A stretch of 64,000 nt of DNA, from the NCBI GenBank assembly GCA_050273025.1, contig CP158635.1:3844001-3908000 (forward strand). The letters run 5' to 3'. Within the stretch, counting starts at the first letter, position 1. Each line of letters starts with the position of its first letter. Shown in pieces: positions 53,535-64,000 of this stretch. The DNA is from Cenococcum geophilum (lineage: Eukaryota). The position numbers were made by a program, and so were the translations under genes. The notes under the pieces were generated by a model. It saw only the letters and a program-made list of their open reading frames with translations. It was not told where the DNA came from and did no database searches.

Positions 53535-53932
53535 AAACGGTTGTCGTGTGGCTCTAGCAGCGGTCGTGTGGCTCTGGCGACGGTCGTCTGGCGATGACGA
53601 CGGTCGTCTGGCTCTGACGGTCATCTAGCGACGGCGACGGTCGTCTAGCTCTGGCGACGGTCATCTGGCTCCGGCGACGGTCGTCTAGCTCTGACGACGG
53701 TCGTCTAGCTCTGACGGTCGTCTAGCTCTGGCGACGGTCATCTAGCGACGGCGACGGTCGTCTAGCTCTGACGACGGTCGTCCAGCTCTGACGACGGTCG
53801 CCTGGCTCTGGCGACGGTCATCTGGCTCGTCTAGCTCTGACGACGGTCGTCTAGCACTAGCGACGGTCGTCTAGCTCCGGCGATGGTCGTCTAGCTCCGG
53901 CGATGGTCGTCTGGCTCCGGCGACGGTCGTCT
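53535..53932 (+). repeat. 20-bp minisatellite in element B
   Basis: GACGGTCGTCTAGCTCTGGC units, with some 17-bp variants. Confidence 0.9.
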
Positions 53933-54096
53933 ACTAGCTATCGTTCTGGTGTCTTCCTAGGTAGGGAGGATATAAAGAAGGGTAAAAAATAAGGTGGCTA
54001 CCTAAGTGTATATAGGGGGTATACTTAGCAGAGGCACGTGTAGAGGCTATTGGGAATATAGCGGGGACCCGATAGTAGTATATCCCGCGTACACAT

Positions 54097-54720
54097 AAAG
54101 GCTTTGTGTAGAGCTTCGTATAGAGCCTCCGTACGCAGAGCCTCTATACGCAGAGCTTTATATAGAGCCTTCTGTAAAGCCTCATGTAGAGCTTTATATA
54201 AGAGCTTCGTGCAGAGCTTTGTGCAGAGCTTCGTGTAGAGCTTCGTATAGAGCTTTATATAGAACTTTATACAGAGCTTTATGCAGAGCTTCGTATAAAA
54301 CTTCGTGCAGAGCTTCGTATAGAGCTTCGTATAAAGCCTTATATAAAACTTCGTGCAGAGCCTTATATAGAACTTCGTGCAGAGCCTTATATAGAACTTC
54401 GTGCAGAGCTTCATATAGAGCTTTGTGTAGAGCCTTATACAAAGCTTTGTGTAGAGCCTTATACAAAGCTTTGTGTAGAGCCTTATATAAAGCCTCTATA
54501 CGCAAAGCTTTGTGTAAAGCCTCGTATAGAGCCTCGTGTAAAGCTTCGTATAGAGCTTCGTATAGAGCTTTATATAGAGCTTTATATAGAGCTTCGTACA
54601 GAGCTTCGTACAGAGCTTTGTATAGAGCCTCTATATATAGAGCTTTATATAGAGCCTTGTATAGAACCTCGTATAAAGCTTCGTATAGAGCTTTATATAG
54701 AGCTTCGTGCAGCGCTTTAT
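54097..54720 (+). repeat. 12-bp tandem repeat (AGAGCTTCGTAT-like), about 50 units, in element B
   Basis: Period 12; source of the spurious YKALHEAL/RASY ORFs. Confidence 0.92.
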
Positions 54721-55058
54721 ACAGTTTTATAGTATTTTTATTACATTTTTATTACATTTTTGTTGCAGCCAAAAATTAGGGTCTGCTTAAGTCGCTTAAG
54801 TCGCAATTTTAAGCAGACCCCAATTTTCGGCTGCAATAACGCGCCTAAAAAAAAATTTCCTGATGTAGGGAGCTTAACGGACTTTAATTACTTTATTATT
54901 ATATCCGTACTCCCTAAGGTATTATATTTAGTAGAGTAAACAGGTTAGCTAGGGCTTTAAAAAGGGGAAGCTAGGCTATTTTATAGGGCTGTAAGGCTTT
55001 CTAGGATCTCTTATAGGGTCTCTTATATATTTCTTACTTTAAGATAATTAGCTTCCTA

Positions 55059-56653
55059 CGTTAGGAAAAAATTTACCAGTATCTAATTTTACTTTTCTGC
55101 CATTTTAGCATTTTCAGCATTTTCTAGCATTTAGCCGCCAAATGCCGCATTTATAATTAAGTATTAGCATTTAGCAGCTAAATATAGCATTTATTACTAA
55201 GTACTAGCATTTAGCCGCTAAATGCCGCATTTATAATTAAGTATTAGCATTTAGCTGCTAAATGCTAGAAAATGCTAAAATGGCAGAAAAGTAAAATTAG
55301 ATGCTAGTAATTTTTTCCTAAAGTTCTATATAAGGCTCTGTATAAAGTTCTACATAAGGCTCTATATAAAGTTCTATATAAGGCTTTACACAAAGCTCTA
55401 TATAAAGCTCTGCACGAAGTTCTATATAAAGCTCTATATAAAGCTCTATACGAAGTTTTATATAAAGCTTTATATAAAGCTCTACACAAAGCTCTATATA
55501 AAGCTCTATATAAAGCTCTTATATAAAGCTCTGTGTAAGGCTCTATATAAGGCTTTATATAAAGCTCTATATACAAAGGCTCTACGTACGGAGGCTCTAT
55601 ACGAAGCTCTATATAAAGCCTTTATATATACGCGGGATATACTACTATTAGGTCCCTGCTATATTCCCAATAGCCTCTATATATACCTCTGCCAAGTATA
55701 CCCCCTATATACACCTAGGTAGCCACCTCATTTTTTACCCTTTTTTATATCCTCCCTACCTAGGAAAACACCAGAACGACAGCTAGTAAACGACCGTCGC
55801 CAAAGCTAAACGACCGTCAGAGCCAGACAACCGTCGTCAGAGTTAGACAACTGTTGTTAGAGTTAGACGACCGTCGTCAGAGTTAGACAACCGTCGTTAG
55901 AGCTAGACGACCGTCGCCGGAGCTAGATGACCGTCGCCAGAGCTAGACGACCGTCGTCATCGCTATATAACCGTCGCTAGAGCCACACAACAACCGTTTA
56001 AACGACCAGCCAGCGAATATAATAAACGATTCGATTAATCGATCGAATTAAGGTAATATAGACAGGTAGGCATAGATAGGTAGGTATAGACGGGTAGGTA
56101 TAAATAGATAGATAGACAGATAGATAGATAGACAGACAGGTAGGCAGGCAGGTAGGTAGGTAGGTAGGTAGGTAGGTAGATAGGTAGGCAGGCAGGCAGG
56201 TAGGTAGGTTAGTAGGTAGGCGGGTAGAGGAGAACCATCGCTATATTATATTAAATTATCTAAAATAATATAATTTATTTTGCACCAACTGCATAGGAAG
56301 AGCAATACTTATTTATTGCTTAAAGTAAGTAAGATATATAGAATATGCGAAAAGGGCATTATATATAGAATACGCGAGAAGGGCATTATGTACAGAATAT
56401 ACGAGGAGGGCATTATATACAGAATGCGCAAAATGCATAATTAGCTGCACTGTATTATTAAATATAGCAGTATACCGCACTATATTGTTAAATACAGCAG
56501 TACGCAGCAGTATACCGCACTATATTATTAAATATAGCAGTATGCCGCACCTTAGTCAATACTATATACTACACGTTATAGTGCGCGGAATGCGCATTTA
56601 GCCGCTAAATGCTGCTAAATGCTGCAAAAATGCTGGTAAAATTTTTCCTGACG
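55059..56653. mobile_element. Non-autonomous TIR element C (2-bp TSD), core inverted relative to B
   Basis: TIR CGTTAGGAAAAAATTTACCAGTAT / ATGCTGGTAAAATTTTTCCTGACG. TSD TA; empty site in G3 about 26884. 12-bp array 55322-55625, 20-bp array 55788-55997, GTAG tract 56060-56228. Confidence 0.9.
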
Positions 56654-57049
56654 TAGCTAGCTATAAGGGCGCGAATCTGCTCGCGTACGTCTATAATATT
56701 ATTATTATCTTTAATTTCTAATCCTAATTAGATCTTAGGTTCCTCTTAGGTAAAGATAGCTCTCTTAAATAAGCTTACTTTAGGTACTATCGTTAGCTTT
56801 TTAAGGTTTATTAGTATTATATACTTTAGTTTTAATTCTAGGGGTATAGGTCCAGTCCTATTTAGCTTATAAGGTAAGATATTATCTAGGCCTTCCTAGG
56901 TAATATAGAGTTGTTTTAATATCTAAGTATAGCGCGTTAATGCGTTATTGTAGACAAAGTTTCTTTAGAGTAGGATATTATTAAGGCCTTCCTAGGCAAG
57001 GTAAGGAGAGCTTAGTATAATATAACGGCTTATATAAATGCCTCTAAAC

Positions 57050-60000
57050 TGTTATAGGACACCCCCATAACACCTTGCACACGTCTACCTATTTCTACTG
57101 ACTTAGCAATTAGAGACCAACCGCGAAATAGCAATTTAACGGCAATCTAATAGCAATCTAACGGCAATCTACGGCATTCTGCTATATTCTGCCAAGTTCT
57201 ACCAAATTCTGCTAAGTTCTACTAGGACTATAACCTAAACCCTATTCTACCTATGTACGTATTAACTAAGCAACTAAGTTAACAATATATGCCCTTTCTT
57301 TCCGTTTTCCTACCTTCTTTCCTTATATAACGTCTTAACTTTATCACGTAGTTTATATATATAGCTTAATAATACCTACTTCGCTATATATTATCACCGC
57401 TTATGCTTACTCCGTGACACTACGTTGCGTTAAAAACTTATACCACCCTCCGAAAATACAGAACGACCCTAAAGCCCCCGTAACGGCCGACGCTATTATA
57501 GCCGCACTCTAAAAACAATTAGTAGGTATACAGAAGTCCTTTATAGACGCCCTTGCATAACACTAAGCTACTTTAACTTAATAGCAAGCTGAATAAGAAG
57601 CACGATAACAATAATTAATTAAAGCACTTTAAGAAGAAGTCCGTATCCTTAAGATGCCTACATTAAGGCCCTAAGACTGAACGCTATCTCTAGAGATAAA
57701 TACGCGGAACGCAAGCCCTAAATTAATAGTAGTTACTTACCCTATAGAGCCGACTACCGTACTAAAACGATCTAAGAAACTACTAGACCCCCTAGTATTC
57801 ACTAGTAAATAATAAAAGCTTTAGTTATTTTTAAGCCGGCTTAAGAATAAGCTAACTAGTAATACTAACCGCTACCCAACCGAAGCTAACCAACTCTATT
57901 ACGCCCTAAGTTAACTAAAAGGAGATGTAGCTAACCTTATTAAACCTCTTTAACCAAACTTAGTATAAAGCCTAGTTATACTTCTTAAAGCTATATATAG
58001 TAACTTAAACTACTAAGCTACCGCTTAAAGAAAGATAAACCAAATAACTTAAGAAAAGAAAAGTTTCCCAGTATACTTCTCTAAATTTAACCGCTACGCA
58101 AAGGAAATAGGCTAGAATAACTCCGCACTAATTAACAGCCTCGTTAAATCCCTAAGCCCTAAACTAAAAACCTCCCTAATAGGCGTAGACCTTCTAGAAA
58201 CTCTTAACGCCTATATAAATGTTTTTAATAAACGGTATAATAATATACTACGCCTTACACTAAAGCCCGTTTATTAGTATAATATAATAACCCCGTAAAC
58301 GCCTACTAAGTTATTATCTTAACCTAAGCACCCTAATGCCATAGATATTAATACTGGGACCCTAGGATATGCCTTACTAGGGTCCTCTAAATAAGAACAA
58401 CGCATTAAGCTAGGCCTCTACTTTAAATATAGAAGTAACTCCCACCTCTCTAATTACTGCTCCGCCCCTTTTTAAAAAGACCTATAAACAGCTAACGCTA
58501 GCAGCCTACTGCCCCAATCCTCTAGCTACTGTCCCTAATCTTTATCTAGCTCCAGCTTAATAATTAGTAAGCACCGTTTATGAGGACAAAGCTCCAACCA
58601 ACGTCCTATAAGAACCCCACCCTAATTACCTCTAAAAGGAAGGTCCTAGAGCTAAGTCGCTCTCTAAGACGGCTCTGCTATAGGATCTTATTAAACGCAT
58701 TTAACGTTATAAACTCCGACTCTTAGAACCGTAGTATAACTATTAACTATTATCTTTGGCAGAATAGTTAATAGGCTAACGCTTAAATCCTAATTAACAC
58801 AGAAGCTAGCGGTATAGGATTTATTAATAAGATCTTTATATAAGATAATAGTTTTACCCTAACCCCCCTTGACCGGCATATTAATATATTTAGATTTAAT
58901 AGCAAACGCACCATCTTAGGCCGTATTACCTACGTAGTAACCCTAAGACTCCAATACCTAAACCATAAAGAACTAATTAAGCTTTTCGTTACCACCCTAG
59001 GTTATTTAGTAATCCTTAAACAACCCTAGATAAAGCTATATAAGGTAACTATCAATTAGGACAACCTTAAGCTTCTATTTACCACCTCCCGTTGTAAGCA
59101 GAAGTGCTTTATAACTTACTACTTAGACCTAAAACCGAAATCTAAAGAATCCACCAGATTCTACTAACGTAAGATTTCCACCAAATTCCACTAACATGAG
59201 AATTCCACCGACACCCACTAAGGATCCGAAAATTCCACTAAGCTCCATAAGTTATTACTAAGTACTACACCGCCCTAAACTAAACAGAAACTTAAGCTTA
59301 GCATATAAAACTACTAGAAGGACTAGTATCCTATAATAAAAAGAATACTTAAAGAACCCAAACCTAAATCTAATATTAACTCCGTACCTAATACTAAACC
59401 GAAACCTAAATAAGAAACTACAGACAAGCCAAATAAGCTCGGTACCCTAGATATCCGCATAATTAGAGCTACTCCGTTAGCGCAACTTGCTAAAAAACCT
59501 AAATATATAATCTTTACTGTTACTATAGCTAATATTAAGAAGGCCTTAGCACTAAAGAAGCACACTAACCCTGCTATAAAGGTACCAGTAGAGTACTATA
59601 ACCGCCTAGAGGTATTCTTATAGAAGGAAGCTAATAAGCTACCGGAACACCAATTGTATAACTATAAGATTGTACTTAAAGAAGGAAAGCAGCCTAGATT
59701 TAGACCCTTATACAGGATATCCTAAAACGAACTCTAAGTACTATAAAAGTATTTAGATAAGAACCTAAGCAAAGGATTTATTAGAGCAAGCTTATCGCCT
59801 ATAGCCGCACCAGTAATCTTCGTTAAGAAACCTAGCGGCGGTTTACGCTTCTATATAGACTACCGAGCTCTTAACACCATTACTATTAAGAACTAATATC
59901 CGATCCCGTTAATATAGGAGACACTAAACTAACTAAGTAAGGCTCGTTACTATACAAAGCTTAATATTATCTCTATATTTAACCATCTCCGCATTATAAA

Positions 60001-62956
60001 AGGGGATAAATAGTTTACTGCATTTCGTACCCAATATAGACTATTTAAGTACTTAGTAACACCCTTTGGCCTTATAAACGCCCTAAGCTCGTTTTAACAT
60101 TATATAAATAATACCCTACGCCCCTACCTGGACATCTTTTATACTGCTTATATTAACGATATTCTAATATATAGTAATAACCTAACCAAACATCGGAAAT
60201 ACGTTAACCTTATCCTATAAGCCCTGTACGGAGCTAGTTTATAATTAGATATAGATAAATATAAGTTCTATAAAATGGAAGTCCTATACCTTAGACTCCT
60301 TATTTCTATAAACGGTATACGAATAAACCTAAAGAAAGTTAAAGTAATTATAAACTGGCAAGAACCTAAGAACATTAAGGACGTAAGAGCCTTTATAGGA
60401 TTTGCTAATTTTTACCAACAGTTTATTAATAACTTCTCCGCCCTAGTTTTACCCCTTATAGCTCTAACCTAAAAGAATAAAGTTTTTATCTTTAATAAGG
60501 AATATAAGAAGGCCTTTACCTATCTAAAAGTTATATTTACTACTGCGCCTATACTCTAATACTTCGACTTAAACTAAATAAGTATTATAGAAGCCGACTT
60601 ATCTAACTACGTCACTAGAGGCATCCTATCTTAATATAACGAGGATAGAGTATTATACCCCATAGTATACTTCTTAAAACGACTAAGCCTAGCCAAATAT
60701 AACTACAAGATCTATAATAAGGAATTGTTAGCTATTATTAGGTGTTTTAAACAATAGCAACCCAAACTAGAAGGCACTAGATTTCTAATTAAGGTCTTTA
60801 GCGACTATAAGAACCTACAGTACTTCACAACCACAAAACAGCTAAGTCATTATTAGGCCCGCTAGTTAGAATATCTGTCTTATTTCCAATTCTTAATTAT
60901 ATACCACCTAGGCGTCTAAGGTTAGAAGCCTAATACCCTAACCTAACGCTTATAAGACGCGCCAGCCCTAAAAAAAGCGCGCTCTTACCAAAATTAGACC
61001 CTGCTTTACCCTAAACTATTTAACCCTCCCACTAAAGATCTTATAGTACACGTCCTTAAAATAACTAATTAATTAATTAAATAGATTATAGTTAATAAAT
61101 ACCTAAATAACGAGTTTATCTAAGAGACGCTTAAGCTAATATAAGATGGCATTAGACGCTTTAAAAAGATTTCTCTAAGTAAATATAAAGCCCGTGGAAA
61201 TTGCTTATATTACTAGAACCGTCTAGTTATCCCTAATTATAATAAGCTTAAGCTTAAACTCCTTAAATATGTATACAATCTACCTATTACCGGCCACCTG
61301 GGCCGAGAAAAAACCCTAGAACTACTCTAACGGGAGTATTATTAGCCGAACATGCATAATATAATATAAAGGTACGTCTCTAGCTACTACACCTGCCGAC
61401 GAGCTAAAGCCTCGCATAAGACGTATAACGGTCTTTTAAAGCCGCTGCCTGTTCCAAACCAAAGATAGAAGGATATCTTAATTAACTTTATTATTAACCT
61501 TCTTAATAGTAGAGGCTGTACAAACATTATAGTAGTTATAGACCGACTATTTAAAATAAGACACTTAATCGCCTGCCCCAATATATTAACGCCTACCGTT
61601 GCCCAACTATTCCTAGATTATATATAGAAACTCTACAGACTCCCCGAAATAATTATCTCTAATAGAGGCAGCCAGTTTATCTCAGCATTCCAGAAAAAAC
61701 TGACTACTCGACTCTATATTAAAGCACTATTATCTACCGCGTATTACCTAGAAACGGATGGCCAAACAGAACGCATAAATACTATAATGGAATAGTATAT
61801 TCGGATATACACGTTATATTTATAGGATAACTAGATCAACTAGCTTATATTCGCCGAGTTTACTACAAATAATTCCATCTCGGAAACTATAAAAGTCTCC
61901 CCATTCCTAGCTAATTACGGCTAGCACCTACAAATGGGTTTTAAACCCTTTAGTAATGTTCCTTACCCTACTTATTACGCCTTATAAGTCGCAGAAGCAA
62001 ATAAATTTGTAAAAAAGATAGATGAACTATAACAGTTCCTTACTAATAAGATGATATAGGCTTAATCTGTCTATAAAGCCGCAGCGAATAAGAAATAAAC
62101 CCTAGCACCGGCCTACTAAATTAGCGATTTTGTCTGGCTAGATATAAGAAATCTAAACATAAAACGACCTACTAAGAAACTTAATTGGAAGAACGCTGGC
62201 CCTTATAAGGTTAAAAAGGTTATCTCTCCTTATGCCTACTAACTAAAGCTCCCTGATACGGTTAAAATCCACCCTATATTCCATACGTTAGTCCTCCGCC
62301 CTACTACCCCTATATTAGACGCCCTGCCTAGATAGATATAAGACCCTCCCCTACCAGTTAAAGTAGATGGTAAGAACGAGTACTTTATTAAAAGAATTAA
62401 TGATATTAAGTACGATAAACGGAAACGCTAATATATATATTTTATAAAATGGAGAGGCTTTACCAAGTCCTTATAGGAACCTATTAACTCTATAGGACTT
62501 ATATAAGCCGCAGAAGACTTTTATAAACTCTACCTAGAACTACTATAGCCCCATCTTACAGAAGCTCAAGTTTAAAGGGGGGGTACTGTTATAGGATACC
62601 CCCATAACACCTTGCACACGTCTACCTGTTTCTACTAACTTAGTAATTAGAGACCAACCGCAAAATAGCAATCTAACGGCAATCTAATGGCAATCTAACG
62701 GCAATCTACGGCATTCTGCTATATTCTGCCAAGTTCTACTAAATTCTGCTAAGTTCTGCTAGGACTATAACCTGAACCCTATTCTGCCTATATACGTGTT
62801 AACCAAGCAACTAAGTTAACGATATATGCCCTTTCTTCCCGTTTTCCTACCTTCTTTCCTTACGCAACGTCTTGACTTTATTACGCAGTTTATATACATA
62901 GCTTAATAATACCTACTTCGCTATATATTATCACCGCTTGTGCTTACTCCGTAACA
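57050..62956 (+). mobile_element. Ty3/Gypsy chromovirus G6 (5907 bp) inserted in the 5' LTR of G5
   Basis: LTRs 57050-57419 and 62587-62956 (370 bp), TSD TAAAC, G-rich PPT about 62574-62583. gag with zinc knuckle about 58417-58460, RT AYINDILIY about 60150, integrase about 61290-61900, chromodomain about 62380-62530. Confidence 0.95.
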
Positions 62957-64000
62957 TAAACTAAAGCTTATAGAATGCTATCTTACAAAGATACTAAGCT
63001 AAAGAGAAGGAAAAGGGGTTGCTAGGACCGATGTAAACAAATATATAGGGTGAGCCGCTAAGGCGCTAGCTTTAGGCGGGCCAATTATAGGTCGGCAGAA
63101 TATAGCAGAATTTGGCAGGTAACGTGCGATAGCGCCATTACAGCTAGCGGTATTATTAACGGCTTTTACGGCTATTTATAAAGCTAGTTCCTTTTAAATA
63201 TCCTTATACTCGTCCGTGATAATCTAGTAAGCTCTCTATAAAGCTAGGTAAGCTTACTTAATAAGTTTAATAGACTAGTACGCCTTAACCAGAACGGCTT
63301 TTATTAAAATAGCCATAGCCATAGCGTACTATTGGAATTCCTTACTAATAAAGTTCCTACTAGTATTATAGGTAATATACTTAGGGAGTCTAACGTATAT
63401 ATTAATCTAGCAGGTCCGTAAAATATCCTAAGTATATTTTATAGATATATTTTATAACTAATAGGCGGCTTAATAACGGGTTGCCTTGTTAATTATATAT
63501 AATACTAGGCTGCCGTTAATATATATAATGTCTACGTATACTAAGTAGTTAAAATTAAGGTCTTTATAAAGAGTAAACTTAAATCGGCTTAGGGAACGTC
63601 TGTATTTCTAGCAGAAGGAGTAGTATTTAGTTAGGTGGTTAATTGCCTTCCTATTAACGTTATTATATTTAAAGCGTTTAAGGACTCTATACAGCTTTTC
63701 GGCTAATAAGTGGCCGAAACGGCGGTATAGGCGGTAGATTTTAGTACTAGTAAGGTAGCATAGGTTATAGTTAAAAGATTTTTAAATATAGGTCCGTAAA
63801 GTCTCTCCCTATATAAGGAATAGGTGTCTAAATCGTTATATAATTAGTAGGGTAATATACTTGCTTCCTAGGGCAGTTGCGGGGCCAATTAGGGTGTCTA
63901 TAATATTGTTATAGTAAACCTATAGCCTATCTATATCCGTAAAATAGAGTAGAAAAGGGGTGTCCGCTTTTACTATATAGAAGTTAACTAGGCTAATTAG

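Larger units (their letters stand above)
52881..54865. mobile_element. Non-autonomous TIR element B (2-bp TSD)
   Basis: About 35-bp TIR CATCAGGAATTTTTTTTTTGGGCGC / GCGCCTAAAAAAAAATTTCCTGATG. TSD TA; the empty site is visible in G3 about 27075. Confidence 0.9.
47434..63142 (-). mobile_element. Ty3/Gypsy chromovirus G5 (G3 family), interrupted by B, C and G6
   Basis: 3' LTR 47434-47643; 5' LTR split into 57021-57049 and 62962-63142; TSD GCTAG. Internal region is the reverse complement of G3. Confidence 0.95.
44909..64000 (-). mobile_element. Ty1/Copia LTR retrotransposon C2, interrupted by G5; 5' part lies beyond the window
   Basis: Probable 3' LTR 44909-45040 followed by CTAGCGGCAC (PPT complement, same layout as C1). 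RNase H end EWVE about 45300, RT about 45850-46800, integrase split at AVKAVNNTAS|PNKLVPTLLVYGAY and continuing 63148-63750. Confidence 0.88.

Noticed and set aside
54025..54779. Overlapping ORFs of 103-186 aa (also 55304-55576)
   Set aside because: A stop-poor 12-bp tandem repeat is open in several frames on both strands.
52881..56653. B and C as Tc1/mariner MITEs because of TA TSDs
   Set aside because: TA is the default RIP product and the related element A has an AA TSD; not fully excluded.
60275..60472. Short ORFs within pol regions (also 29560-29784, 46109-46318, 61387-61581)
   Set aside because: Stop-free remnants or antisense shadows of RIPed pol, not separate genes.
1..64000. Organellar DNA, an alternative genetic code, or a telomere
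   Set aside because: Stops match RIP of CAA/CAG/TGG in nuclear transposon genes; TTAGGG occurs only as scattered single copies.

Overview
This is AT-rich fungal (Pezizomycotina-type) repeat DNA heavily mutated by RIP (C->T/G->A, TpA excess). No intact gene is visible, and the supplied ORFs are relics or repeat artefacts. The window is a nest of transposons, largely built inside the 3' end of an ankyrin-repeat gene (fragments at 11105-11131, 25046-25487, 44412-44487). Most boundaries are fixed by terminal repeats plus target-site duplications (TSDs): six Ty3/Gypsy elements plus one truncated copy, two Ty1/Copia elements, two hAT transposons, three non-autonomous TIR elements with 2-bp TSDs sharing a minisatellite core, two solo LTRs and two non-LTR insertions. 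Highlight 1: a 1018-bp SINE-like retroelement (23715-24732; 15-bp TSD, (TAC)n tail) whose first 86 nt fold into a complete HDV-like ribozyme, with the predicted cleavage site exactly at the insertion junction; a 99-bp relative shares its 3' stem-loop. Highlight 2: three unrelated Gypsy families each carry a spliced antisense gene with a Cys6 zinc-cluster-like motif between pol and the 3' LTR. Highlight 3: Tf1-type self-priming signals in all six Gypsy elements. Highlight 4: a probably recombinant Gypsy copy. All protein readings are manual and partly reverse RIP changes.
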